A stretch of DNA of 63,990 nt, counting the filler, from Licmophora abbreviata (Eukaryota), in the NCBI GenBank assembly GCA_900291995.1. It is 11 parts of 11 records of this genome, joined end to end, with 100 filler letters (N's around TTAATTAATTAA, not from the genome) between each part and the next. Parts side by side here need not be neighbours in the genome. Positions count along the whole stretch, not along the records: positions 1 to 22,079 come from OLMU01005732.1; 10 more parts are not named here. One strand, written 5' to 3'. Made by a program: the position numbers and the translations under genes. Below, in pieces: positions 1 to 11,602 of the stretch; positions within the stretch are counted from its first letter, which is position 1, and every line of letters begins with the position of its first letter. The notes beneath the pieces were generated by a model. It was given only the letters and a program-made list of their open reading frames with translations. It had not been told where the DNA came from and ran no database searches.

Positions 1-5
1 AAAAT

Positions 6-211
6 AAAAAATTCGACTGTCCGATGAACGTAAGGCGAGTCCCTTTTGCGCCGGTATAGTAATTGGACTTACTTTATACCAAGAGGCTCGTCTCACCACG
101 GTGATCGAAATCCGACTTGTGAGAGGACTTCCTCTCACAGGGCGAAGCTGCCCTGGTCTGGCCTTCTGTCCGGGCGCTTACTCGTTCTCCCTTGTCGTCC
201 CTTAGAGACCC
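6..211 (-). ncRNA. Candidate structured Pol III-type non-coding RNA, family unassigned
   Basis: No ORF. Several inverted repeats: 53-80, 118-139 (9-bp stem), 138-155, and a long-range pair 26-36/174-187. The minus strand ends in a TTTTTTATTTT run, and a TATA-like AAATTATATG at 241-250 lies about 30 nt upstream of a GGGTCTC start. Confidence 0.45.
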
Positions 212-293
212 GTATAGCGTAAGCATAACAAGCGCTTGGACATATAATTTGAGATGTTAAGATTGTTTGCCGAGAAGAAACGCGTCGTTGAAG

Positions 294-2519
294 ATGATGT
301 ATACACATGCACATTGGTCTTCGAATGTCGTATCGGCGGTGCTACTCTGCTGCATTCTCGTACTCGTAGTTCCAGCAAGATCGCAGGATACCTGCACGCT
401 TTGTTTCCAAAACGCCACCTACGACATAACGGCAGTGACAGAATCTGGTACGGTACCGAGTCGTCCAGGACGATTGAGATTCATTTCGTTGGTCGAAGTA
501 CGCCAATTCTCTATTTCATAGTCCATCTAACCTTCTTATGCCTTTATCCATCTACAAACAACAGGAACGCTGTGCGCCACACTGGATGCGATTGCATTGC
601 AAGTGCCGCCACTCCCGGACAGCGATTGTACGGGGATTCAGTTGACTGGCTTTTCCCAGTGTGCTTGTCCAGAGCCGCCATCGATTGGGGCTGGCACCTG
701 CCATATATGTGGGGACGACACGCTAAGCTTCAACGGGGACAAGCCCACAAATGTTTTTGGGGATGATCTCTTTGCCCTCTTTGGGAGCAACATTACGTGT
801 TCCGAGCTCAATGCACTTGCCAACATCGTTTCGTCGGATGATGGATGTGCTGACTGGACAAGCTTCGGTCCTTACTGTGAGTGTGAGGGACAGGAAATCG
901 CTTGTCCTCTCTGTCCCGATGGCTCCTCTGTTCCGGATCCGAACTTGGAGTTGACGGACGGTCTCACATGTGAGTTTCTTCAAACGTCGGCTGCCCTGCT
1001 CCAGCCAGCGCAGACAGACGAGTGCTCAGAAATCCGAGTCACTTCATTTGCTTGTGGATGTCCCAATGTCACTCCACAGTGTACCCTTTGCCCTCTCGGC
1101 GAGTCCGTCGCTGATCCCGACAAGTTTGTCACGGACGCTGAAGCTACTTGCGGCGAACTGGAGACGACCACGCAGTCGTTTGTGACTGCCGATGAATGCA
1201 ATGGCAGTCAATTTCTCGGAGTGCTCTTTTGCGGATGCTCACCGGATCCCATGGCGTCACCGGGTATATGCGGTCCATCTATTTGTCCAGACGGTACCAC
1301 TCCTGTCCCCCTGCCTGATGCAGTTCTCGATGACGATGTCACGTGTACCGATCTTCAGAACGCCGTTGGTCTGGTTGACACGACGGATATTTGCGAGGCG
1401 CTCTATCGCGCGGGAGTGGAAGTGTGTGGCTGTGTTGGGGACCCACCTATGTGTCCGCTTTGTGAGGACGGATCGTACCCTCCAGACGCATTGTTCTTCG
1501 TAACGGAAGATCGAAACTGCGCTCAGTTTGCTGCCGCCCTTCCAATGGACGTTGAAGAATCTTGTCCGGCCTTTCAAGGAGTCTACGGAATTTATTGTGG
1601 ATGTGCTAACCCTATTGCATCTGCCGATGCCTGTGCCTTTTGCCCCGATGGGGGACTTCCTGAAACGACGCGTCGAGTGCAATTCTTCGGAAGAAACCGA
1701 GAGTGTGTCAGCTACGAGTTCTTGGCAACAAAGGGTGATGCGGAGTACACATGCGACGAGGCTACAATGGCGCTGAACTCATATTGCTGCGAAGAGACAG
1801 TGGCATGCTCATCTGTCTGTCCAGACGGCAATCCAGTTCCGAACCCAAGCAAGATCGCCTATGAAAACCCTGACGGATCATTGCTGACTTGTGGTGATTT
1901 GTCGGCATTTCTCGCCAGTGTCCCACCATATGACGACGTCTCGACCTGCCAATTCTTCCACTTCCTCGGCGTGTCTCAGTGTGGTTGTAAGGGTGCAGCA
2001 CCAACCTGCCCTCTTTGTGAGGACGGAAGCCCTCTTGAGGATCCTTTCTTAGACTTCGATAGTGATCGATTCTGTTTGACTGTTCAATCGCAGTACAACA
2101 ACACTCCTGCCGAGTCATCCGTTTGTCGGGGCGCTCAGGCATCGGCCGGAGTGTACTGCAAGTGCGACAATCCCATCGCTTCTCAAGGTTCCTGTCGCAT
2201 CTGCGGGGACGACACTCTTCTACCTGATGCGATGTTGATAGTAGAGCTGTCTCCCGGCCTAGCCACTAGCTGTGGCGCGCTGGAGCTAAGTGCCAACGTG
2301 GGCGAGCTGGAGTGCAGCGATGCACAGTCCATCGTCGGTCCATTATGTTGTGAGGGTGCCGTTCTTCCACCACCGACGACGATGCAACCGACGATGACGC
2401 CTCCCACCCCCACTTCTGGTAGTGATGTTGTTGGTGGTGCCTGGTACAACCTGATTGGAATGATCTTCCAGCTTCACACAATCATGGGAATAACAGCATC
2501 TCTCGTTGGTGCTTGGTAG
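294..2519 (+). CDS. Secreted/GPI-like cysteine-rich repeat surface protein (exons 294-447, 565-2519)
   Basis: Exon 1 encodes a signal peptide (VVSAVLLCCILVLVVPARS). Phase-1 intron 448-564 (GTACGG...AACAG) joins it in frame to the 597..2519 ORF. There are 10 repeats of CxxC.DG...TC..L...C...C.C, then a Pro/Thr stalk and a hydrophobic C-terminus. Confidence 0.85.
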
Positions 2520-2798
2520 TGTGGGACTGTGGCTTGGTTCTTTTTCACAGAAGCAGGATGTACAATATGACTGACACCTTCCGGAATGAGAGACACTGAG
2601 ATGCTGGCATGAAATTTCGACTCTCTGCTGATCGGGTGTACTAATCGCACATCTGACTACTTTAAGTATTATTACTTTGTGTAACGCAAACGCAATCTTA
2701 ACGGACGACTAACTTGTCATGGCGACTTGTAAGCGAGACGTGCAAAACGAAAGAAATGCACGTTTGCTCATACCGAGGCTTGAGGTCAAAGAATGGAA

Positions 2799-4700
2799 CT
2801 ATACAACGACACTATACTGCGGGGCTCTCACTCCAGAGTCTGGAAATACAGATATCCAAGCCTCGGCCATTCGTCTTGCTTCTTCCGGATGGTTGTCCTC
2901 CAGCTTGCCCGGATCGTCGGCAAAGCAAACAATCAGAGTATTCACGGCCCCTTGAATCACGTTCATCATAACCGAAGACACTACAAGGCCGATCACAAAA
3001 CCAAGTCTGGCAGCGAGAGATGCAGGCGTAAAGTAGATAGTGAGTGCTTTTTGCGCTCCGAAGGTACCATGTGACGACCCGCAATCTTACCCGAAAGCGA
3101 CGAAGCCATGTCCGGGAAGCGGTCCAAGAACGTACGAGTTTGATCCCCATCCGTATTTGCGGTTAGCACAAGTCTCGATAGCCATTGCCGACAGACCAGT
3201 AAAGATTGCCACCGTAAACGTAGTGAATCCCAAAACGTATCCGACAAGATTGTTGGTGACTAGACTAGTCCAACCCCGAGCCCGAAACAGCTCAATTACT
3301 TTCTTTCCACTCTCCAGATAGCTATAACCATAGATCCCGACGTACACGTATGCCCACTGATTGAAATAGTCGATCACGTCTTCGAGCAAACGAACGATAC
3401 ATTCCAGGATGCAAAGTAGAATGGTACCACATCCATTGTCGTTTTGTTCATTGCGTTGGCTTCTCGCTTGCTCCACCATGACGCGGAGCACAGTAATAAG
3501 CGCTTGCAGCAACGAGCCAAAGCAAATAGACCCAAACGAATACGTCACACTACGCTGCAGTGAGCTCATGACGGCAGGGGAGCAGCAAGAAGACGCGTCC
3601 TGCTTGTCGTAGCACCACGTTCCCATGACACCCGCCACCGTGACTTGTACCGTGTTCTGTTGTTCACGTACCGCAAGTCGTCGCGTGTGAGAAGAGGCGA
3701 CATCCAAGTTCACACCACTAAGAGACGATAGGAAAGAACGTGAACTTACCAACAACACCCTGGTTGTCCAATACAAGGATACGAGCAAGAGAGCGAGCGT
3801 GACGTTCTGTGGACCGCCTTCTGGATCATAGCTGTCGTCGTCGTACGCATTCGTCGAGGATGACTTGGTCCTGGAAGCAGAATGGTTCTCATTGTACTCT
3901 TCTAGCTGATAATTGAGAAGTCCAATCGTGGCGTAAAGCCAAAATGATGTCCATAGGAATCCCACAACTGAGAAAACAAAGCCCACGAGGTACAATCCCC
4001 AGTTTGCCGATATTGCTTTTAGAGACAAACTCAGATTGATCGCGGCAAAGGGAATAAGCTTCCACACTATGCAGACGTAGTAAGTGGCAACTCCTAGCAT
4101 GGCTGCTGACCCCACATACCCGAAGAGTGAGGTCGATGTCATGGCAATACTGAGAGTTATGAAGACAGTCCAGGCTATGGATCCCAGCAGACACGCTCTC
4201 ACCATGACAGAAGGACAGGTCCGAATGATGAAAGCGGTCCATACGTACGTATAGAGGAATGCCAACAAGACCCCAGGCAAAACGAGATACTCCACAATGC
4301 GTTGTGGATATACATCGAGGTACTCTTCAAGATCGTTCACAAGCTCTTGCGTTTTGGCCAGACTGGCTTTGTCGACATGTACGTTAGTCTCGTCAGTGAC
4401 ATTCAATCTGTTGAGTTTGTCGACTCCAAACGAGCCGTACGCAACGCCGAGATATAGCATGATCCCCAAATGAAGCAAGAACGCTATTGCCCACCAGACA
4501 TCCTGATAGAGGGGCCGGAAATCTGCCTCGATCTCTTGCACTTTCACCAAGGGTGCAGATTCGTCAGGATAGTACGTCGCTTCCAAACTTGGTGTACCGG
4601 TACGGCCAGGCGGCTCGTCGATCGTCACAGTTTCGACAGCAGGAGCCACAATTGGAAGCTGTGTGGTTCCTTGTGACCCAAAGGAGTTCTTGACGGTCAT
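2799..4700 (-). CDS. Choline transporter-like (CTL/SLC44, Pns1-type) membrane protein; introns 3657-3749 and 3007-3090
   Basis: Motifs YQDVWWAIAFLLH, YSFGSICFGSLL, YFNQWAYVYVGIYGYSYLESGK and VNTLIVCFADDP; multiple TM helices; GT-AG introns preserve frame. Confidence 0.88.
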
Positions 4701-5202
4701 CTTGCTTGTAGTGGCGAGGTGAATGGAGTGGAATCGAAGACACACAACGACACGAACTGCACGAACAGCATCGTCGTTCTTTCTTTGAGCACATCCAATC
4801 ACACTTTCAACATCCGTAGAGCACAATTCGTAGTACACTCCAATAATGTTTTTGTGTCGAAATAGCTCATACAATGGTTTTAGTCGTGAGCTATTGAGTC
4901 GAGTCAGTCGAGTCGAGTCAGTCGCGTCGCAGAAGGCGACCATTGGATCTGTGGACGGCGGAGCGACGTTCTTGCGTCCGTCCTTCGTGCACTCCTCCAA
5001 CACCAACACGAAACACACACTTTCAAACTTGGGCAATTTACCTGCGCTTTTTTGCTTTTTTGGAACAGCATCATCATCATCACCGCGACCATGATACGAA
5101 TACCGTACGTCGTAGTTCATGCCTGACTGTCACTGGAATAGAAACCGAGGTCGATCACTGTCTTTCTAAAGTTCCTTCGGCCTTACACGTCTCAAATACA
5201 GC

Positions 5203-6596
5203 ATGCCTCCATCAGCAACAGAACTGTCGTCCTCCGATCCAACTCACGTTCGCGCCTGGTTCGAATCGAACCATCCGAAGCAGCTCGCTCTCTTGGATCA
5301 GTTCGAAACTGAGCTACGCATGGGTCGGCTCTCGACGTCGTCGACGTCTGCCGCTCGAGGTTCAGCCTTGTCGTTCTCGCGAGATTCCTTTCTTGCACGA
5401 GATCGTCGTCTCGTCACCTCTCGGACAGTCGAATTGTTGAAGAGTCTCATCGGATCGACGCGTTGGAAGAATGCCGCGCAGCTATTGCTTCTACTGCGAG
5501 GACTTGGACGGGAATTACATGCAGTGGGGGGATTTCGGGAACCGGCCATTGGAAATGTCGTACGGCGCATCATGGCTGCAGTACGAGAAGAAGCCTTGCG
5601 AGATAGCAGCGACACGGTAGCCACACTCACTTCTCCCACCAAGCCGGAAGAGTCGCGACTATCGCTGCAGAGCATGCTGTGGGCCCATCCCCAGCACGTG
5701 AAACGTGCCAGTCCTGGTGCTGCTCAACGCCACGATTCATTCTCCGACGCTGATGCGACATACTCGCAGCCGACTGATGACTTGCCTCCTAGCTTTTATA
5801 CCATGCGACCGGACCTCAAACAAAGTATCATGGAAGCAATCCAGGAAATCATGGCTGATCTCGAATTCATGCACAAGAACATCAACGACCAGGCCTCGTC
5901 TCACATTCATGCTGGCGAAATCATTCTTACGTATGGACAATCCAAGACGATCGAGCTGGTAAGTATGAAATCGTTGTGAATTTATACCGGGAACTTGCGC
6001 CAATCTGACGACTCTCACGCCGATCATGTCCTTGTTGCTGCTTCTTCGCAGTTCCTCAAGACGGCAGCAGCCAAGAAGCGTACGTTCCAAGTCATCGTGT
6101 GCGAGGGCGCACCGCATTTTGGGGGGCATGACATGGCTCGCTCCTTGGCAGAGGCCGGCATTGACACAATCGTCGTGAACGATTCTGCAACCTTTGCCAT
6201 GATGGCTCGCGTCAACAAGGTCTTGCTACCAGCCCACGCTGTACTGGCCAATGGCGGCCTCATTGCGTCGAGCGGATGCAACATGGTGGCCCTGGCCGCC
6301 AAAAATAACTCCGTCCCTGTCGTTGGAATTACAGGAATGTTTAAGCTGTGCCCCATGTTTCCTCATGAGGGGCAAGATACCTGAACGACTTGGTGAGCCC
6401 AAGCTCCGTTTTGAAGTACGCTGACATGAGCAACAAGCTCATGAAGGACGTTGAGTTTGTCAATCCCGTCCATGATTACATTCTGCCCGAGCTGATTAGC
6501 CTGTACGTGACCAATGTCGGTTCCTTCCAACCTAGTTACATCTACCGGCTGCTCGCCGAGTATTATCACAACGATGATTGGGAGTCGTTTGAGTAA
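5203..6596 (+). CDS. EIF2B2: Translation initiation factor eIF2B beta subunit; intron 5959-6051; apparent 1-nt frameshift near 6380
   Basis: Motifs IGNVVRRI, HIHAGEIILTYGQSKT, MARVNKVLLPAHAVLANGGL and NPVHDYILPELISLYVTN...PSYIYRLLAEYY. The C-terminal part lies in the -1 frame after GAT ACC TGA. Confidence 0.88.
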
Positions 6597-6684
6597 ATAT
6601 ATAAGTATACCCAACAGTACGTGTTTTTCCTACGACATTTAGTATCGAGTAGCTACTACCGACATTTCAATACACAGAGCCCCA

Positions 6685-8666
6685 CTACTTTTCGTTGGGT
6701 GCAGGATCCTTGAAGAGGTAGTGAATCTTGTCATAGTCGATCCCCATACCGTCTTTTCGGAGGAGCGGCGAGAACATCTTGTGCATAGTTCCACCCCAGT
6801 CAATGAAACGGCAGAGGTGATTCTCCGTCGTCTTCTTTACGACATCAATACCAAACGTCTCGTAGAATTTTTCTGGAGACCGCACTCTACCGATCCCATA
6901 CAGTTCCTCCTATGATGCAAGAAGATGTGACTCGTTAGGCTAGGACCGATCGAGCAACTGGCGCTTTCGCCCCGCACAACGCCGATACGACTATATCAAC
7001 CACTTACATCAGTGTGATCCCACGTCGATGAATCGATTTCTGGATTCATATGAACGATACCCAGTAGCCGCGACATTGCCTTCTTGCCAACACCGGAAAA
7101 TTTGGATCCATTCTCCCAAAAGTGTTTGACTTTGTTCCGCAATTTGGCATTCTTGCCGACAGCGTAGTGATGAAAGCATACGCTTCTCTCGAACGCATAC
7201 ATGTCGTATCCAATTGTAAAAGCGCGAATGCCTATGCTCATCTCTTCACCTTGGAAAATCATTGGCTGATACAAATCATACGGCACGTTGACGACGAAGT
7301 GACCACGCGCGAATGAGTATCCCGCAGCCCAATAGGGTCTGTTGTAGAAAGGAAACGATAGGGTATTTACCGTACAATCGTGAGTCAGTGCAGTACGCAG
7401 GGCAGTCACGCCCACCTGAAATAAGATCGACACTTACTGCATCTGCGGGGTTCCTGTAATCTTTGGCAATCCTTCTGGCTGACTGCCATGTCGCAAGTGC
7501 ATGCCTTGACTGCCACCTTCGTAGTGCGTATTGCACATGATGGGTCGCGTCTTGCGCAACGATTCACCCTCGTCTGTAATACTGCCTTGAACATCCGTCA
7601 GATACGACGTCAAGACGGCCATTTCATTGTGCAGCGACTCCATCTGATTGATGATATCCACGTCCCACTCGTTGACATACGTAATGTGCGCGTCGTTTTG
7701 TGTGGCGTAGTATTCACCGCGGTACATGCGATAGCCAATGTGTCTCGCAAAGACGGGACCGACCGAGAGCTCCGCTTCGGTTTGATAGACGTCAATCTGG
7801 TTTTTGTACTTGCACAAGGCCTGATTGGGGTTCTGATCACACGGTTCAATGGGTTCGTCGCAACGGGGATCTTCTCCGTCGACAATCTGATCGACGACGG
7901 CAACACGGAGCCGTTCCGGATGCTTGGCACGCAGAAAGGCACTCTCCAATGTGAAGCGACACTGAAAGTCACGATAGGACGCAATCCCGAGATGGATTGT
8001 TCTTTGGTGCAGCGGGCAATTGTCACCACGAGCATAATTTCCAGCAGAGTCTGGTTCAATACAAGAGCCAATCTTCATAGCGGTCTCGCGCGACATGAGT
8101 TGGTTGTTGTGCACAGGTGCTGCCCAGAATTTCGGCACGGAGAGCGTCTTTGTATCATCTCCAGGATGCAGTATGGTCTCGTAGTTGTTGGGCTCGTCGC
8201 GAAGCGTCACGGGCCACTTGGCTGGCGGAATGGGAATGGTCGTAGCCGAAGTAGTAGTTGACTTGTTGTTTGCTGCGGCATCCACGTGCTCATCAGGTTC
8301 CGCCAGATCACGCTGCTGTGCCTCGGTGGCATCTTTCCCAGTCCAGTACTCCGACTTGGTGAGAATGAGACTATTTCCTGGATGCCAAGGGATGAATCGC
8401 AAGTCAGGGAGCGCCCGAAAGCTTTCGAAACATCCAAATAGATAGAGAGAAATGACTCCAAGAGAAAACAAGAGTCCCAGTTCGATGCTGTTGCTGCGAG
8501 GCGGAGCTGTACAGACGACTGCACTGGGAAAAGAGAGAGAGCCCGCTCCAGTAGAACCGATCGAATCATCAGAACGACGCTTGGAAGTCTTCCTCTTCTT
8601 CTTTCCCTTGACAGGCAGAGGCTGCGAGACCAAGGCGTCGTCACCGACAGGGGCTAGCGCTTCCAT
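6685..8666 (-). CDS. GT60-family polypeptide alpha-N-acetylglucosaminyltransferase (Gnt1/Gnt2-like), type II membrane form; introns 7339-7437 and 6910-7007
   Basis: Motifs TIHLGIASYRDFQC, GPVFARH, YRGEYYATQNDAH and QPYWAAGYSFARGHFVVNVPYD...FQGEE; one N-terminal TM segment. Confidence 0.85.
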
Positions 8667-8993
8667 CGTTTTTGTTGTCAAAGTCGCTGTTTCAGCTTCG
8701 ATAAAGAGAGAGAGTCAAGGAGCCAATCGTCAATCGTCAGAGCGTCCAAAGCATGTGACCATGCATCAACAGAAACTGTAACAGTGCAGCATCAACGAAA
8801 TGACTTTTGATTTTTGATTTTCCCATTTTCCCATTTTCCGGAATATGCATAGGAATCCGGAACTTTCGAACGTGTAGACCACTGATGAGTACCAAAAACT
8901 CAAAAACTCTCACGTCTTCGCCAGCCGTGTTGCAGCCAACGAGCTAACGCGCACCTCATCAAATCTTCAATCTTCACATCTTCGCTCTCCACC

Positions 8994-10887
8994 ATGGACT
9001 CCATGGGCATGCGTCCCGGCGTTATCCTCCTACGGGAGGGAACTGACACATCGCAGGTAGGTACCGGATCATACTGATGTGTGCTTGACTCGAGAGAGCG
9101 ATTCGGAATGGTCCTATTTTTAGCTTTTCGTGTACATACGAACACATGCTCACAGTCCAAGCATTGCCACTCCTTCACAGGGCAAAGCACAGCTCGTTTC
9201 CAACATTAACGCTTGCCAGGCTGTCGCCGATGCCGTTCGGACAACGCTGGGTCCCCGTGGTATGGACAAGCTCGTCTTTGACGGACGCAAGGTGACGATT
9301 AGCAACGACGGCGCGACAATCATGAAGCTGCTAGAGATTGCTCATCCTGCTGCCAAGACGCTCGTCGATATCAGCATGAGTCAAGATGCCGAGGTCGGAG
9401 ACGGAACGACTTCCGTAGTGCTGCTGGCCGGAGAAGTTCTCAAGCACCTCAAGCCCTTCGTCGAGGAAGGATTGCATCCACAGATTCTTATGCGAAATCT
9501 GCGCAATGCTGGAAAGCTAGCCGTCCAGCACATTCAAGACCTCAGTGTGCCATTCGATACCGCCACGACATCTGGGGACGAAATGCTGCTCAAGTGTGCC
9601 AGTACTGCGCTCAACAGCAAACTCATTTCCTCACATCAAGACCTCTTCAGTCCCATGATTGTACAGGCCGTCAAGGCTCTTGATGCTGAGGATTCTCTCG
9701 ACGACATCATGCAGCTCATTGCCATCAAGCAGATTCCGGGAGGAGACGTGCGACAGTCCTTCCTCGTGCAGGGAGTTGCTTTCAAGAAGACCTTCTCTTA
9801 CGCTGGCTTTGAGCAAATGAACAAGAAATTCAACGATCCCAAAATTCTCTTGCTCAATGTCGAACTCGAACTCAAGAGTGAAAAGGAAAATGCAGAAGTC
9901 CGCATCACCGACCCGCAACAGTATCAGAGTATCGTCGATGCAGAATGGCAAGTCATTTACGACAAACTAGATGCGTGCGTCGACTGCGGCGCCAACATCG
10001 TCCTTAGTAAACTACCGATCGGAGACTTGGCGACTCAGTATTTCGCGGATCGTGGCATGTTCTGTGCGGGCCGTGTCGACGATGGCGACATCAAGCGAGT
10101 CGCGAAAGCGACGGGCGGGACTGTCCAGACAACTACCAACGGTCTTAACCCTGATATCCTGGGTACATGTGGAGTCTTTGAAGAAAATCAAATGGGCGAC
10201 GAGCGCTTCAACGTCTTTACCGAGTGTCCATCGCATCTGACGTCGACCATCGTCTTACGAGGTGGAAGCGAGCAATTCATTGCCGAAAGTGAACGGAGTG
10301 TCCACGATGCTCTCATGGTTGTCAAGCGTTGCCTACAGACCAAGGCTGTCGTGGCAGGTGGCGGTGCTATTGAAATGGAAGTCGCCAAATACCTTCGCGA
10401 GCATGCACTCACTATCGAAGGCAAGGGACAGTTGATCGTCACAGCGTACGCCAAGGCATTGGAAATTGTGCCGCGTCAGCTTTGCGACAACGCCGGCTAC
10501 GACTCCACCGACATTTTGTCTGCGCTCCGAAGAAAGCATACACAGGATGCTGATGGCAAGTGGTTTGGCGTCGATATCGCAAATGGAGGCATCTGCGACA
10601 CGTACGACGCCGGCGTTTGGGAACCGAGCGACAACAAGCGCAACTCCTTGGCAGCGGCCACCGAAGCGGCGTGCGTCATCCTATCCATTGACGAGACGGT
10701 GATCAGTCCCAAGTCGCAGGATCCGGGGGCTCAACAATCTGGAATGATGCCGGGAATGAATGGGCAGAAGCCGCTGAGCAATATGATGGGAAATGCCATG
10801 GATTCGGTGAATGCTTCAAAAGGAGGAAGTCGATCTGGCAATCTCGGCCAGGGCGTCAGTTACATGAAGGGGCGGGGCGGTGGATGA
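8994..10887 (+). CDS. CCT7: T-complex protein 1 subunit eta (CCT7); intron 9057-9180
   Basis: Motifs [43 protein letters not shown] and [12 protein letters not shown]. Confidence 0.96.
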
Positions 10888-11602
10888 GCGAGTGCAAGTC
10901 GGGTGCGACAGCAAACTTCAGAATTCGAACAACAGTGATGACAAACGAATAAATGATAGATCTGTCGACCGCCGCTTGCGTTGCGCTAGTTAGTGAGGAG
11001 TCGCATCTCAAGTACCTGGTAGCTTTCCTGACTACTCCTACAATGGGTGCGTCGTTTCCATAATGAGGAAGGGATAGTTAACGCTAGTCTACCCGAGTCG
11101 CAAGTGCAGCATACATTAGATTGCAAACTTGCTACTACGTCTCGAAAGTTTGCTATACCTAGTCCACATCTCTCCCGATATACGCATCCCCGCATTCATA
11201 GAACACTGCCAGCGTCGTCTAGATTTTCTCGTCGCCGTATTCGGAAGTTTCACAGGTTTATTTTCGTTGATGCGAGTCCCCTCAGATTAGTGCAAATACT
11301 ATCAAAAATGGTAGCGGTTACCACCTTAGTAGTCTAGTAACGGTAGACCTCATCCGGAACAAAGACGCCGTCACGCTCCGAAATGAATACGACCCGCTAC
11401 AAGAAAGCGTTGCGCTCTCCCTGGAAGCTCGGCATACGACCGAGACATACGGTCGTCAGGGAAGCTCGCTGTGAACGTTCGCCGATCCGGAGAAGGGTAC
11501 CATGTATCGTCATCTGTTGAGATGTTATTTGAGAGAACGCGGAATGATAGTAAACTAGGTCGCACCACCAAGAGGTAGGAGTGCAGCAATGCACATCGAT
11601 CC

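Noticed and set aside
17..116. Hammerhead-like CCGATGA...CGAAA on the plus strand
   Set aside because: The core CUGAUGA is mismatched and the required stems I-III could not be built.
6..211. Telomerase RNA or spliceosomal snRNA identity for the structured element
   Set aside because: No CCCTAA-type template and no U1/U2/U4/U5/U6 or U3 box signatures found.
4701..5120. 140-aa N-terminal extension of the CTL ORF
   Set aside because: It runs through the divergent promoter containing GAGTC repeats; the ATG at 4700 is more plausible.
6382..6384. In-frame TGA as selenocysteine or readthrough in eIF2B-beta
   Set aside because: The conserved downstream sequence is in a different frame, so readthrough would not restore it.
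7488..8261. Long antisense ORFs (for example 7488-8261, 25121-25762, 27396-28019, 40908-41711)
   Set aside because: Shadow ORFs opposite well-conserved genes, with no recognisable motifs.
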